From contig CAVRIZ010000008.1 of assembly GCA_963721445.1 (NCBI GenBank), positions 232,913-296,912 on the forward strand: 64,000 nt of DNA, in the 5' to 3' direction. This document shows, piece after piece, positions 55,767-64,000 of this stretch. The translations under genes were made by a program, and so were the position numbers. This stretch comes from an uncultured Chloroflexia bacterium (GTDB lineage Bacteria; Chloroflexota; Anaerolineae; Anaerolineales; Anaerolineaceae). The notes under the pieces were generated by a model. It ran no database searches. It was given only the letters and a program-made list of their open reading frames with translations, and was not told the origin of the DNA. Position 1 is the stretch's first letter. Every line of letters begins with the position of its first letter.

Positions 55767-57899
55767 TTATTCTGCCAACCTCAGTGAGATCCTACCGCGC
55801 TCAACTTCGACCTTGATGATCTCCACGTCTATGATATCTGCCACCTGCAGGTAGGTTCCTGAAGGCATTTGCGTCCTGTGCAACAAGCCATCCTGCTTCA
55901 CACCAATATCCACGAAGGCTCCAAAATCCACCACATTTCGCACCGTTCCCTTGAGCTTCATTCCTTCAGCCAGGTCTTCCATCTTGAGGACATCACTGCG
56001 CAAAATTGGCAGAGGCGCATCCTGGCGCGGATCGCGTCCCGGGCGAACCAACTGCTCGAGTATGTCCATCAATGTCAGCGCGCCGCAGCCAAGTTCCGTA
56101 GCCAGCTTTTCAGGAGTGATTTCGGCGCGGAGTGTCTCCACCGCCTGTTTTCGGACCCGCAAATTTGCTGTTGCAGGCAGGCTGATCCGCTTAATTAATG
56201 CCTCGGCAATCGGATAACTTTCTGGATGGATGGCGGAAGCGTCCAATGGATTGGACCCATCGGTGATACGCAGAAAACCCGCGCACTGTTCGAACGCCTT
56301 GGGGCCTAGACTGGGTACACCTTTAAACTCGTTGCGGTTCGTAAATTTACCCTTTTCATCTCGGAAGGCAACCATTTTTTCTGCCAGTTTCGGACCGATT
56401 CCTGCCACATATGCCAATAACGCAGGGGAAGCGGTATTTACATCCACACCCACGCGGTTGACCACATCCTCCACCACACCGTCCAGGGAGTTTTTCAAGA
56501 GGGTCTGATCCACATCGTGTTGGTACAATCCCACCCCGATGGAACGCGGATCGATCTTGACTAATTCCGCCAGGGGATCCTGCACCCTTCGGGCAATGGA
56601 GGCGGCACCTCGTAACGATACATCCAGATCCGGGAATTCCTGACGGGCTAATGGGCTGGCAGAGTACACACTGGCTCCCGCTTCGTTGGTGATGATGTAT
56701 TTCACTTGCGGCAATTCTTTGATCAGTTGGGCTGCCAATTGCTCGGTTTCGCGAGAGGCTGTGCCGTTTCCAATAGAAATAAGGGTTACCTGGTGTTTAC
56801 TAACTATTCCACGCAGGGAATTCAATGCTTCATTCCACTTTTTCTGTGGTTCGTGCGGGTAGATCGTGTCTGTCCCGAGTAGCTTTCCGGTCGGATCCAC
56901 CACTGCCACTTTGCAACCGGTCCGAAATCCCGGATCCAAACCGATGACAGTTTGTCCAATCAGTGGTGGCTGGCTGAGTAATCCGCGCAGGTTATCACTA
57001 AAGACGTTGATGGCGTGAATGTGTGCTTTCACAGTCAACTCTCGCCGGACATCCCTTTCGATGGCAGGGAGTAGGAGTCGATCCGCGCTGTCAGCGATAG
57101 CCAGCTCCATCTGTTCGTACCAGGCAGAATTGACGTCCGGTCGAAAGGCGTTGTTTACGGCATAACGCCAGTCACGTTCAGGCACCACAATTTTCACCCG
57201 CAGCACACCTTCGGTCTCGCCCCGGTCGACAGCCAACACCTGGTGAGGTCGCAGCCGGTCTACCCGATTTGAGTATTCATAATAGATTTCAAATACCCGC
57301 CGTTCATCTTTCGCATCTTCCTGGATTTCCGCTTCCAGATTGGCGAAATTAAGGGCTCTGTCTCTGGTCACGCGCCGCACATCAGCATGATCGCTGATGG
57401 CTTCGGCTACGATATCTCTTGCCCCGGCAAGTGCATCCTCAACACTCGGCACCAGCTCATTGATGAAACCAGTCGCAGCCTGTTCCGGTTTGGGTCCTTT
57501 GCGAGGCTGCTCCAATATCAGATCTGCCAGAGCCTGTAAGCCTTTTTCCCTTGCAATACTGGCACGGGTACGCCGTTTGGGTTTATATGGGGCATACAAA
57601 TCTTCCAGGGCTGTCAGCGTTTCAGCAGAATTGATCTTCTCTTCCAGATCCGGGGTTAGTTTTCCCTGCTCTGTGATCGATGAAAGAACAGCCGAGCGAC
57701 GGTCATCCAATGTGCGTAATCTCTCGATCTCCGATTGGATCTTCCGGAGCTGGTCTTCATCCAATGTTCCCGTTGCTTCCTTGCGATAACGGGCGATAAA
57801 TGGAATGGTATTCCCCGCGTCCAATAATTCAACAGCGGTATGGATTTGGGAGGGTTTGATATGTAATGATGTAGCGATGATATGTTCAAAATCAGTCAT
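55767..57899 (-). CDS. tex: Tex-family transcription accessory protein (S1 RNA-binding domain)
   Basis: Start at MTDFEHIIATSLHIKPSQIHTAVELLDAGNTIPFIARYRKE (57899). YqgF/HhH regions. C-terminal S1 domain GTVRNVVDFGAFVDIG. Confidence 0.9.
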   Translation of the reverse strand: MTDFEHIIATSLHIKPSQIHTAVELLDAGNTIPFIARYRKEATGTLDEDQLRKIQSEIERLRTLDDRRSAVLSSITEQGKLTPDLEEKINSAETLTALEDLYAPYKPKRRTRASIAREKGLQALADLILEQPRKGPKPEQAATGFINELVPSVEDALAGARDIVAEAISDHADVRRVTRDRALNFANLEAEIQEDAKDERRVFEIYYEYSNRVDRLRPHQVLAVDRGETEGVLRVKIVVPERDWRYAVNNAFRPDVNSAWYEQMELAIADSADRLLLPAIERDVRRELTVKAHIHAINVFSDNLRGLLSQPPLIGQTVIGLDPGFRTGCKVAVVDPTGKLLGTDTIYPHEPQKKWNEALNSLRGIVSKHQVTLISIGNGTASRETEQLAAQLIKELPQVKYIITNEAGASVYSASPLARQEFPDLDVSLRGAASIARRVQDPLAELVKIDPRSIGVGLYQHDVDQTLLKNSLDGVVEDVVNRVGVDVNTASPALLAYVAGIGPKLAEKMVAFRDEKGKFTNRNEFKGVPSLGPKAFEQCAGFLRITDGSNPLDASAIHPESYPIAEALIKRISLPATANLRVRKQAVETLRAEITPEKLATELGCGALTLMDILEQLVRPGRDPRQDAPLPILRSDVLKMEDLAEGMKLKGTVRNVVDFGAFVDIGVKQDGLLHRTQMPSGTYLQVADIIDVEIIKVEVERGRISLRLAE

Positions 57900-58093
57900 T
57901 GGGAAACCTATGGGTGGATGGAGTGAGAGAATGAAATTGTAACATGCCTTATATCCTGGCAACCATTTACCCAGATCATCCCATGCATATTTGGCTATAA
58001 TAAATATAACTATGCGCAAGACAAAGGCAAAGAATGGTCATCTCCCGTCGGATATTTTCAGGTTCGCTGTATACTATTTACAAGGAGGTGATC

Positions 58094-58744
58094 ATGAAAC
58101 CTATTGACCTCGGCAGTTTCCCCCGTGCCAGCCATTTTTTACTGTACAACAGTTACGATTACCCCCATTTTAATCTGACGGCTTCTGTCGATATAACCCA
58201 TCTTCAACCGGTAATAAAAGAGAAAAACCTCTCCATCACGATCACTTTCACTTATCTTTTTGCCCGGATCGCAAATGAAATTCCTGAATTTCGTTATCGG
58301 ATCAGGGAAAATACGATCATCGAACATGAAGTCGTGCATCCATCTACATCAATCCTCACCCCCGGCGATATATTTTCCTTTTGCACAATTGAGTATTCCC
58401 CCAATTTTGATACTTTCTATCCCCGCGCCGTGGATCGGGTGGAAGAAGTACGCCGGCAACCCACATTGGAAGACGAACCCGGTCAGGACGATCTACTCTT
58501 CATGTCCAGCATTCCATGGATTTCTTTCACCCAGATCAATCACCCGATCCACATGCATCCGGTTGATTCAGTTCCCCGTATTACCTGGGGGAAATACTTC
58601 ATCGAATCGGGTCGAATTAAAATGCCTCTATCTGTCCAGGTCCACCACGGATTAATGGATGGCGTCCATGTTGGTCGGTTTTTCATTCACGCTCAGGAAT
58701 ACCTGGATGACCCGGATCGATTCATCTTTAATGTATCATCTTAA
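58094..58744 (+). CDS. cat: Chloramphenicol O-acetyltransferase-family protein (type A CAT fold)
   Basis: AAGGAGGTGATC immediately precedes ATG 58094. Catalytic-His region VQVHHGLMDGVHVGRFF. Substrate specificity cannot be inferred. Confidence 0.75.
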   Translation: MKPIDLGSFPRASHFLLYNSYDYPHFNLTASVDITHLQPVIKEKNLSITITFTYLFARIANEIPEFRYRIRENTIIEHEVVHPSTSILTPGDIFSFCTIEYSPNFDTFYPRAVDRVEEVRRQPTLEDEPGQDDLLFMSSIPWISFTQINHPIHMHPVDSVPRITWGKYFIESGRIKMPLSVQVHHGLMDGVHVGRFFIHAQEYLDDPDRFIFNVSS

Positions 58745-58801
58745 AATAAAAATAAGAGGAGTATCATTTTACAGATACTCCTCCCATGCTCATTCATCCC
58801 T

Positions 58802-59740
58802 TTATTTCAACCAGTAAAATAAGCCTTTCAAAGCAATGGCATATACCCGGTAAGGTTTCGGACCTACGAACACCTCATCCTTAATAAAGATGGTTGGAGT
58901 CCCATAGAACTGGGTCTTAACCACTTCTTTAAGCATTCCCTGAACTGTGGTCTCCGTACCCGGCTCAGCCATACACGCCCGAATTTCCGTAGGGTCAAAA
59001 CCAACATCGGTCAGAATTCCATCCACCACGGCAGGATCATCCAGCCGGGCAGCTTCTCCCTGAAAAAGCAGATCATTCATTGCCCAATATTTTTGTGGGT
59101 CGTCACGGTTGGCGCAATAGCCCATACGGCTCATTGTGTCGGTACTTTCCTTCACCGGGTAATGCAGGAAAACCATATCCGTTTGATAACGATCAACCAG
59201 CTTTCGAATGAGTGGATAGGTCTTTCTGGTGTATTCACAATGGTAGCAACCAATAAAATACAAGGTCTCATTCGTCTTGTTGTCCAGAACAGGAAATCCT
59301 TTCAGATCTACATTCTCAAGGGTTAGGAAATCGTCGCCAGCGCTTTTCGGACGGCAGACCGCGTTAACCGCGGACACCTGATTGTTTTGATTTTTCGGAT
59401 CAAATACGCAAAAACCAGAGTTGTTCGTGCCATTACAATTGCCAGTGGTGTAGTAGAGATATACCCCGCGTACAGCCATAAAGCTGCTTGCTGTCAATAA
59501 AACGAAAAACACCCAGGCGATCACTTCAAAATACTTGTTCAAAAACCTTGCACCACCCTCTGAGCGGGTGATCACCAATCCCAGGATTTTCGCTTTCATT
59601 TTTTCATCGAAACCAGTATTACACGGTCGAAAAGTAACCCTCCGAAAAACACAATCGAAGGCTTCCCTGGCTAATTGACGGTTACTGGCGCTAAATATTC
59701 CCAAAATTGAGAGAACGACGAAGGCGATGATACAAAACAT
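58802..59740 (-). CDS. Membrane-anchored DsbA/thioredoxin-fold oxidoreductase
   Basis: N-terminal hydrophobic segments. CxxC site YFIGCYHCEYTRK. C-terminal DsbA-like GTPTIFI. Confidence 0.65.
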   Translation of the reverse strand: MFCIIAFVVLSILGIFSASNRQLAREAFDCVFRRVTFRPCNTGFDEKMKAKILGLVITRSEGGARFLNKYFEVIAWVFFVLLTASSFMAVRGVYLYYTTGNCNGTNNSGFCVFDPKNQNNQVSAVNAVCRPKSAGDDFLTLENVDLKGFPVLDNKTNETLYFIGCYHCEYTRKTYPLIRKLVDRYQTDMVFLHYPVKESTDTMSRMGYCANRDDPQKYWAMNDLLFQGEAARLDDPAVVDGILTDVGFDPTEIRACMAEPGTETTVQGMLKEVVKTQFYGTPTIFIKDEVFVGPKPYRVYAIALKGLFYWLK

Positions 59741-59743
59741 AGG

Positions 59744-60956
59744 TTAGAGAACCTTTCGAATCTTCTTGAGGTTATCAATAAATGACTCTGCTTCTTCCAC
59801 GGTATTATAAAAATAGGTGGATACACGTACGCTTCCTTTAATCTGATGTGCGTGGAACCAGGAGTGGACGCAATGCTGGCCTGACCGTACGGTTATCCCA
59901 GCCATCTGATCCAGCATTAAAGCGATCCGGTGTGAATCGATTTCCGGGAAGAAGAAAGTGATAACCCCTCCCCTTTTCTCTGGATCGTCCGGACCGATGA
60001 GGTTTATTCCCGGCATATCCCTGATTCCATCGGTAATGATGCGGTTTAGATGGCGTTCCTGTTTTTGGATTGCATCAAACCCAATTTTTTGCAGGTACTG
60101 AACAGCCGCTCCCAACCCCATAATGCCCGCGTAATCCTGCAATCCAGCTTCGAATTTTTCTGGAGGCGGCAAGAATTCGCAGGTGTCATAGGTGGAGGAT
60201 GAGACGGTATCCCCACCCACCAGAAAGGGTTCCAGTTTTTCGAGGTGAGAGTATTTCCCATACAGAGACTCCCGTCCCCGATGGACCTAACATTTTATGT
60301 CCCGATAGGGCCAGGAAATCTACATCCAGTTGTTTCACATTGAGTTGTTGATGTGGAGCAGTCTGAGCTGCATCCAGCATAACCAGAACGCCTTTCTTGT
60401 GCGCGTATTTGATTATTTCAGCAAACGGAATACTGACACCATCCAGGTTTGATGTCGAACCGATGGAAACGAGCTTTACATCGCCTGTCAAGCTTTGTTC
60501 GTAGGCAGAAAAATCGAACAAATTGTCGGGGGTAGATCGAACGATCTTGATCTTGATCCCCATTCTTTTCGCCAATACCTGCCATGGGATTAAGTTCGAG
60601 TTGTGTTCTTTATCAGAGATCAAAACGGCATCACCGGCTCTGAGTCCGAGAGAAAAAGCAACCAGGTTGATCCCTTCGGTCGTATTGCGTGTAAAAACTA
60701 TTTCATCTTTTTTGGACGCGGTCAAAAACCTGGCTATTTTCTGCCTGGCTTCATCAACTCCTTGAGTCACACCTGCCGCCAGATGGTGCATTGAACGTCC
60801 GCTGCAGGCAGATAGTTCTGTATAATACGTGATAATAGCATCCAGAACCACCTGTGGACGCAGGCTCTGGCAAGCGTTATCCAGATAGAGGACTGGTTTT
60901 CGATTTTTCTTTTCTTGTAATAAAGGGAAATCTTGACGGATTCGATGGATGTCCAT
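59744..60956 (-). pseudogene. Class V aminotransferase / cysteine desulfurase (SufS/CsdA-like), one +1 frameshift near 60262-60268
   Basis: LYLDNACQS...SGHKMLGPSGTGV | LYGKYSHLEKLEPFLVGGDTVSSSTYDT...PEKFEAG...VRSGQHC (catalytic Cys loop). Confidence 0.85.
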
Positions 60957-61068
60957 TACCTTCCCTGATTAGACGAATTTTTGTGTTCCATTTGAAGGTA
61001 ATTATACCCATCCAAGGGTTAAAGTAAGATTAGGAATCGGCGCAACTACTTTTATATCAGAATTTTCC

Positions 61069-62034
61069 TTAGTATGTTTTTTTTATCCGGTGAGACATCT
61101 TCTCTTTATACATTCGATCATCTGCTATTCGCATAACTTCAGCCAAATCCCCTTCCGGACCACTGCACGATACACCGATGGACAACCGAAGATTATCATC
61201 TCCGGTCTCTTTCAATGTCCTTTTAAGACGCAGAACGGCTTCCTGGGCAGGTTGTTCTTCTGTTTGGGGAAGTAAAATCCCGAACTCATCACCGCCGATC
61301 CGGGCAACAATATCTTCAGCCCGGAATACCTTTTGCATACACTCCGCGGTTTTTCGTAATAACGTATCACCTGCGCTGTGGCCAAACCGGTCATTGATTC
61401 CCTTCAGATAATCCATGTCGGCGATGACAATGCTTACCGGGAACTGCCGGCTTACCTGTAAACGCTCCATTTCAACCTCGAAGAAATTACGGTTGTATAA
61501 ACCCGTGAGAACATCCCGGGTACTCAGACGCAATAACTCCTCTTCCATCCGTTTGCGCTCCGATATTTCTTTGGAGATGCAGAGAACGCTGATTACAGAA
61601 TTTTCTTCGTCAAATATAGGTTTGACTGTAGTTAAGTAGTAGCGGTCGCCATCCGGACGTGGGACTCTAACTTCAATTACCTTCATTTCGCCATGTTCAA
61701 ATACCCATTTCACCGCTGCGAATCGTTTATCGGCTTCGCTCTTCTCGAATACATCCCAGATCCGGTGATGAATAATGCTCTCCACTGGCTTCCCCACCCC
61801 ATCAGCGAATGCCTTATTCACAAACCGGTACTGTCCATCACGGTTGAAGGCAAAGATCGGATCGCTGGATTCATTCAATAATGTTCGATATTCTTGTTCA
61901 CTATCCTTTAACACTTGTATTGAGTCTACAAGATGAGATGAATGCAGTTCGTGCTCCGCGATCTTCTCGCGTAACCTGGATATTTCTTCCATTAATTTGC
62001 CCTTTGTCCACGATGAAATATCAGATTGAATCAT
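61069..62034 (-). CDS. PAS-domain diguanylate cyclase (GGDEF)
   Basis: Start at MIQSDISSW (62034). PAS region LNESSDPIFAFNRDGQYRFVNKAF. Active site RIGGDEFGILL. No EAL/HD-GYP domain. Confidence 0.85.
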   Translation of the reverse strand: MIQSDISSWTKGKLMEEISRLREKIAEHELHSSHLVDSIQVLKDSEQEYRTLLNESSDPIFAFNRDGQYRFVNKAFADGVGKPVESIIHHRIWDVFEKSEADKRFAAVKWVFEHGEMKVIEVRVPRPDGDRYYLTTVKPIFDEENSVISVLCISKEISERKRMEEELLRLSTRDVLTGLYNRNFFEVEMERLQVSRQFPVSIVIADMDYLKGINDRFGHSAGDTLLRKTAECMQKVFRAEDIVARIGGDEFGILLPQTEEQPAQEAVLRLKRTLKETGDDNLRLSIGVSCSGPEGDLAEVMRIADDRMYKEKMSHRIKKTY

Positions 62035-62311
62035 GATTGCTCCTACCTGCTTAACTGAGGTGATACCATTAAACCAGTAAAGGGTTGATTTAACAACCAA
62101 TTCTATGTAAAAAGCACCTGAATTCAATTAATTATATAGTGATAATCATATGTAATGAACGGATAGAGATTTTCTTGTGCCAGGTTTTTTACCAACCGAA
62201 GGATTTTTGTACCACAAACCGAGTTATATTAAGATGAATTCCAAAATTCATTACCTGAATGCCAATCAGGTATAATTTTAGTATTCCGAATATGGACCAT
62301 GAGGTTTGGCT

Positions 62312-62948
62312 ATGGCAAAATGGACAGCAGTCGTCGCAGGGAATATCGGCTCAGGGAAAACGTCACTTACAGAACGTATCGGATCGCGGTTAGGATGGAA
62401 AACGGCGTTCGAATCGGTATCAGACAACCCGTACCTGCCTGATTTCTACCAGGACATGAAGTCTTGGTCATTTCACTTGCAGGTGTATTTCCTTGGGCAC
62501 AGGGCAGATCAATACCTTCAAATGCAGAATGATCCGGTTTCTGCCATACTTGACAGATCTATTTATGAAGATGCGTATATTTTCGCTCGTGCACTCAACC
62601 ACATGGGTAATCTAAACGAACAGGATTACCACACCTACCTTCGGCTGTACAACCTGGTAGTCAGTCGTTTACCCAATCCTGATCTTCTGATTGTCCTGCG
62701 AGCGCCGGTCACAATCTTGATGAAACGGATTCAGGCTCGCGCCAGGAATATCGAAACGGGAATTAATTCTGACTATCTTTCTCTATTAGACTCATTCTAT
62801 GATGATTGGCTTCAGGATTTTGACCTCTGTCCGGTTTTGACGATACAAACCGAGAAATCTTGATTTTGTTCATCAACCAAAAGCTTTGGATATTGTTGTA
62901 GATCGGATCAATCACAAACTAACCGGCAAGGATGAAGTCGTATTGTGA
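62312..62948 (+). pseudogene. Deoxynucleoside kinase, one +1 frameshift near 62855-62860
   Basis: P-loop VAGNIGSGKTSL, DRSIYEDAYIF, LRAP...RIQARAR. After the shift the C-terminus continues LDFVHQPKALDIVVDRINHKL. Confidence 0.8.
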
Positions 62949-62960
62949 AGAGGGAAACGA

Positions 62961-63114
62961 GTAATTGGAAAGTGGTAAGAAGATAGTAGTAATTGGTAAT
63001 TGGTAATTGGTAATTGGATACTGGTTACTGGTTACTGGTTACTGGTCTCTGGTCTCTGGTTACTACTCTCTAATTTTCTACTTTCCAGTTTCTAGTTTCT
63101 AGTTACTAGTTTCT
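62961..63114 (+). repeat. Degenerate heptanucleotide tandem array, 22 units in unbroken 7-nt register
   Basis: GTAATTG GAAAGTG GTAAGAA GATAGTA GTAATTG x4 GATACTG GTTACTG x3 GTCTCTG x2 GTTACTA CTCTCTA ATTTTCT ACTTTCC AGTTTCT x2 AGTTACT AGTTTCT. 63074-63100 is identical to 34480-34506. Confidence 0.9.
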
Positions 63115-63178
63115 TTATTGATGCAACTTTCCGTCATGTCCACCGTATATACTGTAGAAACCAATATTGCAGGACTGA

Positions 63179-63775
63179 ATGAGCGCATCGGCACACAGTA
63201 TCTCTGAAACCCAAGAACATCCGCTCGACCCGGCGAACTTCACGGAAATCGTGGAGCAGTATCAGAAACCGGTGTTCAATCTGTGCGCCCGCATGCTGGG
63301 GGATGAAGTTGAAGCGGAAGATGCCGCCCAGGAAACATTCTGGAAGGCATACAAAAACATCAAATCATATGACCCCAACCGTCCATTCCTGACCTGGCTG
63401 CTGTCCATAGCAGCCCATTATTGTATAGACCAGATCCGGAAACGCAGATTCGGCTCAGTCAGCATTGATGCCATGCCGGATGACTTTATTCCCGATCTGG
63501 AAATGCTACCGGAACATTCTGCCACGCAGTCTGAAGAACAAACTCGTATCAGAGAACTGCTCATCACTTTATCGCCGGAAGACAGGTCTGCCGTAATTAT
63601 GCGTTATTGGTATGACTACTCAGATGAGGAGATTGGAAAAGTGTTACATCTTACCGTTAGTGCCGTGAAGAGCCGATTGTTTCGCGCCCGCAAACAAATG
63701 GCTCAAGAATGGCTGAATAAAATAAACAATTCCCTGCTACCAAACAGGAGGACCCATGAACCATCAGCCGTTTGA
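63179..63775 (+). CDS. ECF-type sigma-70 family RNA polymerase sigma factor
   Basis: Region 2 (DAAQETFWKAYKNIKSYDPNRPFLTWLLSIAAHYCIDQIRKR) and region 4 (IMRYWYDYSDEEIGKVLHLTVSAVKSRLFRARKQM). Confidence 0.9.
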   Translation: MSASAHSISETQEHPLDPANFTEIVEQYQKPVFNLCARMLGDEVEAEDAAQETFWKAYKNIKSYDPNRPFLTWLLSIAAHYCIDQIRKRRFGSVSIDAMPDDFIPDLEMLPEHSATQSEEQTRIRELLITLSPEDRSAVIMRYWYDYSDEEIGKVLHLTVSAVKSRLFRARKQMAQEWLNKINNSLLPNRRTHEPSAV

Positions 63776-64000
63776 AGATTGGATTTTTGAAGAGGATCTT
63801 TCAGACAGTCAGCAAGTAGGGTTGAAGCAACACCTGGCTACCTGTGAAGATTGCCGTAGTTTACAAAACGCGTTGAAGGGAGTGGAATGGACTTTTACAA
63901 ATGTCGTAGAAGTTGAACCGCGTCCCGGATTCAGTATGCGCTGGGAAAGATACGCCGAAAAGAAAGTAAATCAAGAACAGAATCTGGCAGCCTGGATAGT
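63756..64000 (+). CDS. Anti-sigma factor (zf-HC2 type), 3' end outside the window
   Basis: AGGAGG lies 5 nt before ATG 63756 and the gene overlaps the sigma gene by 20 nt. HLATCEDCRSL is an HxxxCxxC zinc motif. Confidence 0.7.
   Translation, partial: MNHQPFEDWIFEEDLSDSQQVGLKQHLATCEDCRSLQNALKGVEWTFTNVVEVEPRPGFSMRWERYAEKKVNQEQNLAAWI

Noticed and set aside
58094-58744. CAT-family gene as a horizontally acquired antibiotic-resistance cassette.
   Set aside because: There are no IS elements, integron attC sites or repeats flanking it. It has a native-looking strong SD and sits among housekeeping genes. Substrate specificity cannot be inferred from the sequence.

Overview
64-kb chromosomal window, annotated by hand from the sequence and ORF track only, so coordinates of non-ORF features may be off by a few nt. 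The organism looks like a Chloroflexota/Anaerolineae-like bacterium. That is a guess from gene content and several leaderless genes behind consensus sigma-70-type promoters.

Core content:
- A complete division/cell-wall (dcw) cluster at 16.7-34.2 kb: mraZ-rsmH-ftsL-ftsI-murF-mraY-murD-ftsW-murG-cvpA-murC-(60-aa ORF)-murB-ddl-ftsQ-ftsA-ftsZ. murE is not in the cluster.
- nrdR-nrdJ follows it.

Accessory content:
- An arsenic island (7.4-14.6 kb) with three ArsR paralogues, ACR3, a radical-SAM/SPASM enzyme, an ArsP-type permease plus thioredoxin-like protein, and a tandem methyltransferase-ArsM fusion.
- A MalT/LuxR regulator with small and membrane proteins (40.7-46.7 kb).
- A 695-aa NIDO-like/Ig-like/LPKTG/sortase fusion protein (48.6-50.7 kb).
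- Two DUF559 endonuclease-fold genes embedded in G/C-tract hairpin repeats.

Non-coding highlights:
- tRNA-Gly(CCC) followed by two hairpin-split copies of its own 3' end.
- Two long heptanucleotide tandem arrays (19 and 22 units) sharing an identical 27-nt core.
- A five-unit MraZ-box array, a perfect palindromic ArsR operator, and a T9G10 tract.

At least 16 apparent frameshifts are present. Fifteen are +1 (single extra base), and all lie in dispensable genes. This is either a systematic assembly error or real decay.

I see no CRISPR array, rRNA, transposase or integrase. The most novel-looking candidates are the sortase fusion and the radical-SAM-containing arsenic cluster.
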